Origin: Prevotella sp.
Lineage (GTDB): Bacteria; Bacteroidota; Bacteroidia; Bacteroidales; Bacteroidaceae
Direction: 5' to 3'
Length of the DNA: 64,000 nt
NCBI GenBank assembly: GCA_017475265.1
Contig: JAFVFY010000079.1
Span: 14,119 to 78,118 of the forward strand
The notes beneath the pieces are model-generated. The model had not been told where the DNA came from. It did not search any database and saw only the letters and a program-made list of their open reading frames with translations. This document shows, one piece after another, positions 1 to 8,891 of the stretch. Positions within the stretch are counted from its first letter, which is position 1, and every line of letters begins with the position of its first letter. Both the position numbers and the translations under genes were made by a program.

Positions 1-727
1 TGACGGTTCTACTGACAACACACATGCCATTCTGCGGGAATATGCCCAAAAACATTCCAACATTCACATCCTGGAGTACGAAAGCCAGCGAGGTGCCATG
101 AGAAACTTTCTGTCGTTGTTGCAAAGAGTGGAAGCAGATTACTATATGTTTTGTGACCAGGACGATGTGTGGCTAAAACAGAAAGTAGAGCTTTCCTTTG
201 AGGAAATGAAAAGACAAGAGGCCGCCCGTCAGGGGAAACCCATCATTGTCTACACCGACCTCTACGTTACCGATGCTGCCCTGAACATCACCTGCAATTC
301 CTTTTGGCAGGAGATATGTCTGCATCCGGAATTTATTACTACCTTTGACGAGATGGCAGCCTCGACAGCTGTTACAGGATGCACCATGCTCTTCAACCGA
401 CAAGTCAAAGACAACGTCGTGTTCCCCGCGACACACGCAACGATGCATGATGCCTGGATTACGGCATGTACATTGAGAAAGAACGGAAAAATCATTCCCA
501 TTTTCCAGCCACTGGTTTACTACAGGCAACATGAGGACAATTGCATCGGCTCTGACGACCTCAACCATATAAACCTGGCCTATCGTATCAAGAATTTCAG
601 GACGATGCAACGGAGGAATTGGCAGCTATACCGTATGCTTCGCTCCTTAGGCTATGGCTCTATTGTCAAGTTCTTCTACTACAAGTGGAAATACAAACAA
701 AGGATTCAACACAAAGCAGGACTGTAA
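1..727 (+). CDS. GT2 glycosyltransferase (rhamnosyltransferase-like), 5' end outside window
   Basis: Frame is open from base 2 (DGSTDNTHAIL...) into ORF 98..727; motifs YYMFCDQDDVW, TGCTMLFN, MHDAWI, YRQH. Confidence 0.9.
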   Translation, partial: DGSTDNTHAILREYAQKHSNIHILEYESQRGAMRNFLSLLQRVEADYYMFCDQDDVWLKQKVELSFEEMKRQEAARQGKPIIVYTDLYVTDAALNITCNSFWQEICLHPEFITTFDEMAASTAVTGCTMLFNRQVKDNVVFPATHATMHDAWITACTLRKNGKIIPIFQPLVYYRQHEDNCIGSDDLNHINLAYRIKNFRTMQRRNWQLYRMLRSLGYGSIVKFFYYKWKYKQRIQHKAGL

Positions 728-1215
728 TGGACGTTTCTATCATCATAGTCAATTACAACACAACCGACTTACTACTGCAGTGTGTCGACTCTATCGTCAC
801 GCACACTCAGGGCGTAAGCTATGAGATAATTGTTGTCGACAACGTCTCGGAAAAGGAATCGCTGACACCACTGCGTCATGACCAGCGCATCCGTTTAGTG
901 GAGTCAAACGAGAACCTTGGCTTTGGACGTGCCAATAACCTGGGAGCAGCAAATGCATACGGTGGATGTCTGTTCCTGCTTAATCCCGACACGATATTAG
1001 TCAACGATGCCGTTACCATACTTTATCAGCATCTGCTCAGTACACCTCGTAGCGGTTTGTGTGGCGGAAACATTTTCGACAATGACATGCTCCCCATCCA
1101 CGCCCATGACCAGATATTCCCCTCTGGCAAAGAGACATTCCCAAGTGTTTTCAGGCAATATGCGCTTATGCAAATTAAGAATTTCGTAAAGTTCGTGCTA
1201 CATATTAAACATTAA
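727..1215 (+). pseudogene. Truncated or internally deleted GT2 glycosyltransferase (162 aa)
   Basis: ATG overlaps the upstream TAA (TAATG); MDVSIIIVNYN...VVDNVS...NLGFGRANN...LLNPDT N-terminal half only, about half the usual length. Confidence 0.6.
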
Positions 1216-1223
1216 CATTCCAC

Positions 1224-2141
1224 ATGACAGCAGATTCGCAAAAAAGCAAGATAACCGTACTCATGTCCACCTATAATGGTGAGAAGTATCTTACGGAGCA
1301 GATAGAAAGCATTCTCAACCAGAGAAATGTTGATGTCAACATACTCGTTCGCGATGACGGCTCTATCGACGGGACTACGGCCATCCTTGATAACTATTCA
1401 GCCCGGAGCCTGCTTACATGGTATCAGGGAGCCAATGTGGGGCCTGCACGTAGTTTTTTGGATCTTCTTCGGAAAGCACCTGAATCAGAATACTACGCTT
1501 TCTCTGACCAGGATGACTATTGGAACAGTGAAAAGATGGCCAGTGCCTCCAGTAAACTGAAAGCCATGGGTGATGCTCCTACGCTTTATATTGGCCAGAC
1601 CCAACCAGCTGACGAACAACTTCGGCCTCTTCCCATTGTGGCGCAACAGCCTTTGCTTACGTTTGGTGAAGCCTTGGTACATCCCTATGCCAGCGGATGC
1701 ACGATGGTGCTTAACCATGCGCTTCGCGAAGTAATCGTCGCTCATGCCCCCCATAATCTGTATATGCATGACTGGTGGGTTGTTCTCGTTGCTACAGCCA
1801 TAGGTGCCCGCATTGCATTCGACCCCGAACCGCACATGGCTTACCGCCAGCATGCGGCCAATGTAATCGGTGAAGGCGAAAGTCTTGTCGCCGAATGGAA
1901 ACGTAGGATTCATCGCTTTCTCAATGAGCAGGCCAATACGCGCTCTCAAATGGCTGCTGAACTAAAGAAAGCCTGCTATGAATTGATGCCAGCTGAGAAC
2001 CGCCGACTGCTTGACTTGTTCCTTGCAGGGAAACACAGTGCCAGTAAGCGCATCAGACTTTGCACCAGCTCGGATTTCCGCTGCAATGTGAAAAAGACCA
2101 ATTCTTTTTTCAAGATAGCACTCGTTCTAAACACCTATTAA
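1224..2141 (+). CDS. GT2 glycosyltransferase
   Basis: VLMSTYNGEKY, VRDDGS, FSDQDD, MHDWW, YRQH. Confidence 0.92.
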   Translation: MTADSQKSKITVLMSTYNGEKYLTEQIESILNQRNVDVNILVRDDGSIDGTTAILDNYSARSLLTWYQGANVGPARSFLDLLRKAPESEYYAFSDQDDYWNSEKMASASSKLKAMGDAPTLYIGQTQPADEQLRPLPIVAQQPLLTFGEALVHPYASGCTMVLNHALREVIVAHAPHNLYMHDWWVVLVATAIGARIAFDPEPHMAYRQHAANVIGEGESLVAEWKRRIHRFLNEQANTRSQMAAELKKACYELMPAENRRLLDLFLAGKHSASKRIRLCTSSDFRCNVKKTNSFFKIALVLNTY

Positions 2142-2156
2142 TCACCCAAGGTACGC

Positions 2157-2870
2157 ATGATTTCCGTCTGTATAGCCACTTACAATGGTAGCCAATACAT
2201 AGAAGAGCAGTTGTCATCCATCCTTTCTCAACTGGAACCTACCGATGAGGTCATCGTCTCAGACGACGGATCTTCCGATGATACGGTGCAACGCATCAAC
2301 GCCATGGCCGATGCGCGTGTCAAGGTTATACAGCATCAGAAGGAGACTACGAAATTCAACATTGACCATAGTACCCAGAACTTCGTCAATGCCATGAGCC
2401 ATGCGAAAGGCGACACAATTATTCTTTCTGACCAGGACGACTGCTGGCTACCTGGAAAAGTGATCAAGATGACTCAAGCACTCAGAGAAAATGATCTCGT
2501 AATGTCTGACTGTCATATCGCCGACGAGCACCTGAACATTACTCAAGTTTCTTATGCCGATGAGCGCCCGTTTAGCCGAAGCCTTTTCAAGAACCTGCTT
2601 CTCTCTTCTTTCTTGGGCAGTTGTATGGCTTTTCACCGAGAAGTGTTTGAGAAAGCCCGTCCCTTCCCCCCCTATGGTGTTGCCCACGACCTCTGGCTTG
2701 GCATGGTGGCTCTGCGCTATTTCCGTGTGGGCTACATCAGGGAGCCGCTCATGCTCTATCGCCGTCATGGTGGCACCGTGACTGAAAGTGGAAAAGCCAA
2801 TACAAATTCGCTGTTCTTTAAGATTCATTACCGGCTCTACGTGCTCAAGGCTTTGCTTCGTTTGGTCTGA
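2157..2870 (+). CDS. GT2 glycosyltransferase
   Basis: MISVCIATYNG, VSDDGS, LSDQDD, HDLW, YRRH. Confidence 0.92.
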   Translation: MISVCIATYNGSQYIEEQLSSILSQLEPTDEVIVSDDGSSDDTVQRINAMADARVKVIQHQKETTKFNIDHSTQNFVNAMSHAKGDTIILSDQDDCWLPGKVIKMTQALRENDLVMSDCHIADEHLNITQVSYADERPFSRSLFKNLLLSSFLGSCMAFHREVFEKARPFPPYGVAHDLWLGMVALRYFRVGYIREPLMLYRRHGGTVTESGKANTNSLFFKIHYRLYVLKALLRLV

Positions 2871-3046
2871 TACAAATATGAAAGTGTCTAAAAAGACAGG
2901 AGTATGTTCGTCTGAAATTCGGCTATCAGAATTTTATAATACGCTATATGTTCTCAAACCGAGCCTTATCGGCAAATGAGGATGATACTGATTGTCTATG
3001 TTGTTGGCATCGAGTCTTATACCAAACAGCTTTCTACATAATAAAG

Positions 3047-3880
3047 ATGGAGAAAAAAAATGAGAAAATCGCCATTCTGATGGCAACCTATAATGGAAGA
3101 AAATATCTCGGCGAACAGATAGATTCTATTTTGTCACAGACAAACGCCCTATGGCATTTGTATGTTCACGACGATGGGTCGAAAGACAGGACTCCCGAAC
3201 TATTGAACGACTATGCCGCGAAGTATCCTGAAAAGATAACCGTTCTTGACTATCCTTCTCAGGGAGGTGCTTTGCAGAACTTTATGAGTCTTCTGGAGAA
3301 AGTAGAAGCCGACTACTACATGTTTTCCGACCAGGACGATGTATGGCATCCCACCAAGATTGAGAAATCGTATCAGGCAATGAAAGAACAAGAGGCTATA
3401 CACCCTGAAAAGCCTATTATTGTTCATACGGATGTCAGAGTTGTCGACAGTAATCTTTGCTTGCTTCACCCTTCTTACAGAGAATACGGTCACATCTATC
3501 CTGAGAAAGTCACCTGTTTCAAGGAATGCGTTATTAATGTGACGTTAGGATGCGCCATGCTATTCAATAGGAAGTCAAGAGAGGTTTCCATTAACCGTCC
3601 CTGGAAGCATGCCCTCATGCACGATGGATGGGTAACAGCACGTACATACGCAGAAAACGGCATCGTATATGCTATTCCCGAATCACTGATGGAATACCGC
3701 AATCACGGAGATAATACGATAGGTGCCACTGATGGCTCCAGATTCACGCTAGCCTATAGAATCAAACATTTCGGCGAGATGCTCCAACTGAACATGAAGC
3801 AGTACCGCATGCTGCGCAGTGCTGGATATGGTTCTATCTTTATATATTATTATTATAAGTTTAGAATTCACATCCACTAA
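3047..3880 (+). CDS. GT2 glycosyltransferase, paralog of the first gene in the window
   Basis: Start moved to ATG 3047 (MEKKNEKIAILMATYNG); HDDGS, YYMFSDQDDVW, MHDGW. Confidence 0.9.
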   Translation: MEKKNEKIAILMATYNGRKYLGEQIDSILSQTNALWHLYVHDDGSKDRTPELLNDYAAKYPEKITVLDYPSQGGALQNFMSLLEKVEADYYMFSDQDDVWHPTKIEKSYQAMKEQEAIHPEKPIIVHTDVRVVDSNLCLLHPSYREYGHIYPEKVTCFKECVINVTLGCAMLFNRKSREVSINRPWKHALMHDGWVTARTYAENGIVYAIPESLMEYRNHGDNTIGATDGSRFTLAYRIKHFGEMLQLNMKQYRMLRSAGYGSIFIYYYYKFRIHIH

Positions 3881-3897
3881 TCCATAGACAAAGAGAG

Positions 3898-4983
3898 ATG
3901 ACTACATACCTGTATATTAATGGAAGATTCCTGACGCAGCCCATGACGGGTGTGGAGCGCTATGCTTACAATATCTGTAAGGCGATGGCCGCTCTTCATC
4001 AATCGTTTACCATTGTGTGCCCAAAAGCACCTGTTCATCAGGACTATGATGTGAGCGACTTGAACATCGTTCATTACGGTATCGGCAACTCACACTTTTG
4101 GGAGCAGTGTGTACTTCCGTTCTTCTTCATTGGAAAAAAGAAATATCTCGTGGTCAGCTTCACAGGCTTAGGTTCTATACTGATAGGTCATAAGATGATG
4201 ACTATCCACGATTTGGCTTTTCTGAAAAATCCCTCATGGTATTCACGGACTTACTATTGGTATTACAGGTTGATGACACCTTTGGCGGTGAAAACCTCGC
4301 AGCATATCCTGACCGTCAGCGAATTCTCGAAAAGCGAGATACTCCGTTTCTATCCGTTCCTGAAAGGAGAGAAAATCAGCGTGGTCTATAATGCCATTGA
4401 CCGGCAACTGTTCAGACCATTGAACTCAGAACTTGTTAAGGGGGATTTACAATCCCCTGGTTCAGAACGCTTTGTCCTCTGTGTGTCATCCATCGACCCG
4501 AGAAAGAACTTTGCACGACTCATAGAAGCCTGCCAGGGTCTGACAGATGCCAAACTCTATATCGTTGGCAAAAACAACCGCGAGTTCAGCCAGCAAAAGG
4601 AACTGGACACTACCTCTGAGCATATTCACTTTCTGGGCAAAGTAAGCGATAATGAACTTGTTCGTCTCTATAATCAGGCAGCATGTTTTGTCTTTCCATC
4701 TCTATATGAGGGATTCGGACTCCCACCACTTGAGGCAATGGCATGCGGCTGTCCCGTGCTTGTTTCCGATATTCCAGTAGAACATGAGGTATGCGGTGAC
4801 GCTGCAATATATTTCAATCCGCTCGAATCCAATGACATTCTGCATACAATTAAACAATATTTAAACAATGCTGACGTTATAAGAGAAAAGATGCGTCAGA
4901 AAGGCTATGAAAACATCATGCGATTCTCTTGGGAAAAATCTGCAGAAGTGTTGATGAAGATTATTTCAGATAATCGTAAATGA
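3898..4983 (+). CDS. GT4 (GT-B) glycosyltransferase
   Basis: INGRFLTQPMTGVERY, TIHDLAF, PRKNF, FVFPSLYEGFGLPPLEAMACG. Confidence 0.93.
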   Translation: MTTYLYINGRFLTQPMTGVERYAYNICKAMAALHQSFTIVCPKAPVHQDYDVSDLNIVHYGIGNSHFWEQCVLPFFFIGKKKYLVVSFTGLGSILIGHKMMTIHDLAFLKNPSWYSRTYYWYYRLMTPLAVKTSQHILTVSEFSKSEILRFYPFLKGEKISVVYNAIDRQLFRPLNSELVKGDLQSPGSERFVLCVSSIDPRKNFARLIEACQGLTDAKLYIVGKNNREFSQQKELDTTSEHIHFLGKVSDNELVRLYNQAACFVFPSLYEGFGLPPLEAMACGCPVLVSDIPVEHEVCGDAAIYFNPLESNDILHTIKQYLNNADVIREKMRQKGYENIMRFSWEKSAEVLMKIISDNRK

Positions 4984-6113
4984 AGAAGACTATATTACAG
5001 ATAGCAAAATATTATTATCCTGTCGAGGGCGGCATAGAAACTGTCACCAAATACCTAGGCGAGGGGCTGACAATGTTCGAGAATGTTGTCGTATGCTTCA
5101 GCCAAGACGGTATCACGCGCATTGACATGGTCAACGGCGTCAAGGTTTACCGTATTGCGTCGTCCATGAATATAGCCAGTCAGGATATTGCTTTCTCGTA
5201 TTATCGCTACTTGAAGAAAATCATTTACGAAGAACAGCCAAACATTATTCTGCTACATTGTCCCAATCCTTTTCTGTACCCTATCGCAGCCAAGCTAACA
5301 CCCAAGAATGTTAAACTTGTCCTGTTATGGCACTCTGACATTCTTGGCAAAGGCATACTCTACAGGCTAGTCAAACAGTGTGAAAAGTCAATACTGAAGA
5401 AAGCGGACCTCATTCTAGCCACAAGTCCCAACTACATCCACCCGTCGAGTCCCATTTACGACTATCGCGAAAAGACGAAGGTAGTGCCTAACGGCATCAT
5501 CGAGAACGATTTCGTGTGGCGGACAGGCGACGAGACGATGGTAGAAGAAATCCGCCGGAAATACCTTCATAAGAAAATTGTATTCTTTGTGGGTCGCCAT
5601 ACGGCCTACAAAGGTATCAACTATCTCATCGAGGCAGAGAAGTATATTCAGTCCGACTGTGTCATCCTTATTGGTGGGCGTGGCCCTGAAACTGAACGAC
5701 TGAAAGCAAAGGCCAACTCCGACCGTATTAAGTTTATCGGACGCATTCCCAACGATTATCTGCGTTGCTACTACTATGCCTCCGACATCTTTGCCTTTAC
5801 CTCATGCACCAAGCAAGAGGCGTTTGGCATAGCGCTGGCCGAGGCCATGTATTGTGGCAGTGTACCTGTCACCTTCACCATAGAGGGGTCTGGTGTCAAT
5901 TGGGTTTCTGTGAAAGACGAGACAGGAATAGAGATACCGCTTGGCGAAGTAAAAGCATACGCAGAAGCGATTGACAAACTATTATGTGACAAAGAACTCT
6001 ATTCCAAATATGCCTCTGCTGGAAAGAACCGTATAGTCAGCATGTTTACTAGCAAACAGTCCATTATTGAAATTAATAAAATCTTCGGTCAGCTTATTTC
6101 AGATGTGGAATAA
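4980..6113 (+). CDS. GT4 (GT-B) glycosyltransferase
   Basis: KYYYPVEGGIE, GRHTAYKG, EAFGIALAEAM; overlaps the upstream stop (ATGA). Confidence 0.92.
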   Translation: MKKTILQIAKYYYPVEGGIETVTKYLGEGLTMFENVVVCFSQDGITRIDMVNGVKVYRIASSMNIASQDIAFSYYRYLKKIIYEEQPNIILLHCPNPFLYPIAAKLTPKNVKLVLLWHSDILGKGILYRLVKQCEKSILKKADLILATSPNYIHPSSPIYDYREKTKVVPNGIIENDFVWRTGDETMVEEIRRKYLHKKIVFFVGRHTAYKGINYLIEAEKYIQSDCVILIGGRGPETERLKAKANSDRIKFIGRIPNDYLRCYYYASDIFAFTSCTKQEAFGIALAEAMYCGSVPVTFTIEGSGVNWVSVKDETGIEIPLGEVKAYAEAIDKLLCDKELYSKYASAGKNRIVSMFTSKQSIIEINKIFGQLISDVE

Positions 6114-6150
6114 GTAATCCACTGACTCCATTTTGATAATTGCGGCTGCT

Positions 6151-6320
6151 GGTTACAGTTACAGTGGTTACAGTTAAAAAAAGAGGGTATGCATCTCCTT
6201 CTAATCTCTTACAATTTTATTATAACTTATTGATATATAATTAGTTATATATATAATATATATTATATAGAGGAAATGACACCCCCTCTAAAAACAACTG
6301 TAACCACTGTAACTGTAACC
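6151..6320. repeat. Perfect 25-bp inverted repeat around an AT-rich (TA)n core
   Basis: GGTTACAGTTACAGTGGTTACAGTT (6151-6175) and its exact reverse complement (6296-6320). Confidence 0.9.
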
Positions 6321-6382
6321 GCAAGCCGATAATTGTTCATCTAAAAAGCTAATAATCAATGAGATACAATATCAGTAAAAGC

Positions 6383-6572
6383 ATGTCACCCGAGATGCCT
6401 ACCCTCGGAAAGGGTACAGATTGTATCAAATTACTGCTCTAAAGGCCTCAAAAGACGTGTTTGAACCCCTGTTTCCGATGTTTTCCCTGTTCTTGGTGCA
6501 TATATCAGCGGCGCAGAATTTCATTATTCCAACCTTACTTGGAAGGAAAATGAACCAGACAAAACCGATTAG
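6383..6572 (+). pseudogene. Frameshifted remnant resembling the N-terminus of a Prevotella DUF3987-type mobile-element protein
   Basis: Stitching three frames gives MSPEMPTLGKGTDCIKLLL/KASKDVFEPLFPM/FPVLGAYISGAEFHYSNLTWKE; family recognised from memory only. Confidence 0.35.
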
Positions 6573-6627
6573 ATTCTTAACGCGGATGGCCACAAATTAA
6601 GTCAGATGATAAGTCATTTAGAACACA

Positions 6628-6678
6628 AACTAAAAAACGGCAAAAATTTTGCTATTTGCCGTTTTTTAGTTACCTTTG
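6628..6678 (+). promoter_or_regulatory. abiE promoter with 17-bp inverted-repeat operator
   Basis: AACTAAAAAACGGCAAA (6628-6644) / TTTGCCGTTTTTTAGTT (6655-6671), abutting -7 box TACCTTTG (6671-6678). Confidence 0.75.
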
Positions 6679-6702
6679 CACCGTCTTTAATATCATGGTG
6701 CA

Positions 6703-7422
6703 ATGGTAGGAGTAAGCGATATCATCTTGAACTATGCCTCCAGTCTCCCGCAGTTTTCAGTCGATGACATGCCGGTGGCTGTTACTTCAGGCATCGATAG
6801 AAACACGTTAAGCTGGCATCTGAGCAATCTGTGCCGGAAAGGTAAATTGCGCAGAGTTGGCCGTGGTGTCTATACGTCTCAGCCTGCTAATATATATAAT
6901 GTAAAGGCCAGTGCGAAAGCCCGCTCAATTTACCGGGCTTTAGCAAGTCGTTTCCCCTTTGCTGACTTTTGTGTGTACAGCGGAAGTGTCATTGCGCCAT
7001 TGTTGCATGATATGACACCGAATAACAATATGTACATAGAGACAAACCGGGAAGTGACCGAGAGCGTTTTCAATATGCTGCTGCCAAAGTATCAGGGCCG
7101 GATTTTCATTTCACCAACCAAAGAAATTGCGACCACCTATATTGACCTTGGTAAAGAGAACATCATTGTAAAGCCGCTGGTGACTGAGGCGCCCTTGGCG
7201 CTTGACGACAAGGTGCCAGTTCCGACATTGGAGAAGTTGCTTGTTGATACAAGGGTAGATGACGATTTCTACTATTTGCAGGGCTATGAGAATCTGGAAA
7301 TGCTGAGGACTGCCATAAGCCATTACGATGTGAACAAAAATCGGCTACTCAGGTATGCAGACCGCAGGAACGCGAAAGACTCAATAATAAAGGATTTAGA
7401 GACCATACAGGATAATGATTAG
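6703..7422 (+). CDS. abiEi: Type IV TA antitoxin, AbiEi-like (wHTH + DUF6577-like)
   Basis: N-terminal wHTH (LSWHLSNLCRKGKLRRVGRGVY), VPTLEKLLVD motif, overlaps the downstream nucleotidyltransferase. Confidence 0.8.
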   Translation: MVGVSDIILNYASSLPQFSVDDMPVAVTSGIDRNTLSWHLSNLCRKGKLRRVGRGVYTSQPANIYNVKASAKARSIYRALASRFPFADFCVYSGSVIAPLLHDMTPNNNMYIETNREVTESVFNMLLPKYQGRIFISPTKEIATTYIDLGKENIIVKPLVTEAPLALDDKVPVPTLEKLLVDTRVDDDFYYLQGYENLEMLRTAISHYDVNKNRLLRYADRRNAKDSIIKDLETIQDND

Positions 7423-8476
7423 GAAAGAGTGTTTTGAAGAGGAGTGGATTGGGAAAGTCTGCTCCAGCCACAGGTTCCGGCATCCCGCCTTGGTCGAGAA
7501 GGTTATCAGGGCCTTCTCGCTGCTGGAGATGCTGGCTAAGGAAGGATGTCCCTTGACATTCAAGGGAGGCACCAGCCTTCTCCTGATACTTGGCGGCAAT
7601 GCACGTCGCTTGTCAATAGACATCGATGTGCTTTGCCCTCCAGGAACGGAGATTGAGCGGTATCTGGAAAACTGCGAGAAATACGGATTTACAGTATGCA
7701 AGGCCATCAGGCGTGAGAACAGGAACGGAAATGTGCCAAAAGGACATTACAAGTCGTTCTTTGAAGTGGTTTATTCTGACCAGATTGAAGACTCTGTGCT
7801 GCTTGATGTGCTCTATGAGGACAATCACTACAGACATGTTGAGGAGAAGGTGCTGCAGCATCCCTTCATCGAGTCGGATGCGGACAGAACTGTTGTCCAG
7901 GTGCCGTCTGTTGAAGACATCCTCGCTGACAAACTAACTGCATTTGCGCCTAACACAAGCGGTGTTCCTTATTACAAGGGTACGCGCAATTTCACCATCA
8001 ATGTTGCCAAGCAGCTTCATGATGTAGGCCGTCTGTTTGATGCAGCTAACGATTTGAGTGTAGTCGCTGCAACTTTCAAAGACATAGCAGCTATCGAACT
8101 GTCATACAGGGGGAAGTCCGATGACATCAGCATCATTTATGAAGACATTAGGAACACTGCAATGGCATTGGCCACCCGAGGGAAGGTTGATACTAACGAA
8201 GATTTTGAATTGCTGAAGGAAGGCGTTGACAAACTCAAAAGCCATATCTTCTCTGGACGTTACACACTTGACAATGCCATCAGCGATGCGGCGAAGGCGG
8301 CATATCTCGCTACACTAATTGAACACGATGCCTCTGTTATTGAAAGGTATTCTGGCAACCCGTCGGAGTTGAAGGACAAAGTACTACCTTCAGTTAGTAA
8401 AGAATTGGCCAAGCTTCGTCGTGGTAATCCAGAGGCGTATTTTTACTGGATTAAGATAAGTGAACTGCTTATGTGA
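7415..8476 (+). CDS. abiEii: Type IV TA toxin, AbiEii nucleotidyltransferase
   Basis: LVEKVIRA, FKGGTSL, RRLSIDID, ILADKLTAF, KQLHD. Confidence 0.88.
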   Translation: MIRKECFEEEWIGKVCSSHRFRHPALVEKVIRAFSLLEMLAKEGCPLTFKGGTSLLLILGGNARRLSIDIDVLCPPGTEIERYLENCEKYGFTVCKAIRRENRNGNVPKGHYKSFFEVVYSDQIEDSVLLDVLYEDNHYRHVEEKVLQHPFIESDADRTVVQVPSVEDILADKLTAFAPNTSGVPYYKGTRNFTINVAKQLHDVGRLFDAANDLSVVAATFKDIAAIELSYRGKSDDISIIYEDIRNTAMALATRGKVDTNEDFELLKEGVDKLKSHIFSGRYTLDNAISDAAKAAYLATLIEHDASVIERYSGNPSELKDKVLPSVSKELAKLRRGNPEAYFYWIKISELLM

Positions 8477-8584
8477 AGAAGCGAAGCTATACCGTTTATC
8501 GGGTTTCGAACTTGCACACAGTGTGCTGACTATCAATTATCTCTCCCAGACCCTATTCCACTTTATTTTGATAATTGCCTGGAA

Positions 8585-8622
8585 ACGAAAACCCCGCTGA
8601 GTCCGAAGACTTTCGCGGGGTT
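8585..8622 (-). terminator. Rho-independent terminator downstream of tRNA-Phe
   Basis: AACCCCGC...GCGGGGTT stem followed by a T-rich run on the minus strand. Confidence 0.7.
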
Positions 8623-8639
8623 CATAATGAAAGGAGGAG

Positions 8640-8712
8640 TGGTACCTCCAGGAATCGAACCGGGGACACACGGATTTTCAGTCCGATGCTCTACCAACTG
8701 AGCTAAGGCACC
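8640..8712 (-). tRNA. tRNA-Phe(GAA), CCA not encoded
   Basis: Reverse complement GGTGCCTTAGCTCAGTTGGTAGAGCATCGGACTGAAAATCCGTGTGTCCCCGGTTCGATTCCTGGAGGTACCA: acceptor stem, D arm, anticodon GAA, TTCGA loop. Confidence 0.97.
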
Positions 8713-8891
8713 AAGTTTTTGCTTCCTTTCGTTTTGCGGGTGCAAAGGTAGTAAGATTTTTTGATATGGCGAAAAAAGCGGGGGCGAAATGCTTGGAATT
8801 TATTAATTCTTAACATTAAATGCTATTTTAGCCTAATTTGTTTGTCGCAGTCAGTTTTTATTCCTACCTTTGCAGCACACATATATTAATA

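Noticed and set aside
2871-3046. Small ORF MKVSKKTG...LIGK* between GT2 genes and the N-terminal extension of ORF 2948..3880
   Set aside because: No recognisable motif; it could be a gene remnant but cannot be supported from sequence alone.
6240-6270. (TA)n microsatellite as a phase-variation switch
   Set aside because: Irregular, intergenic and not positioned between promoter boxes; treated as part of the inverted-repeat element.
8563-8745. 60-aa minus-strand ORF
   Set aside because: It overlaps tRNA-Phe and its terminator; the translation is just the tRNA sequence.
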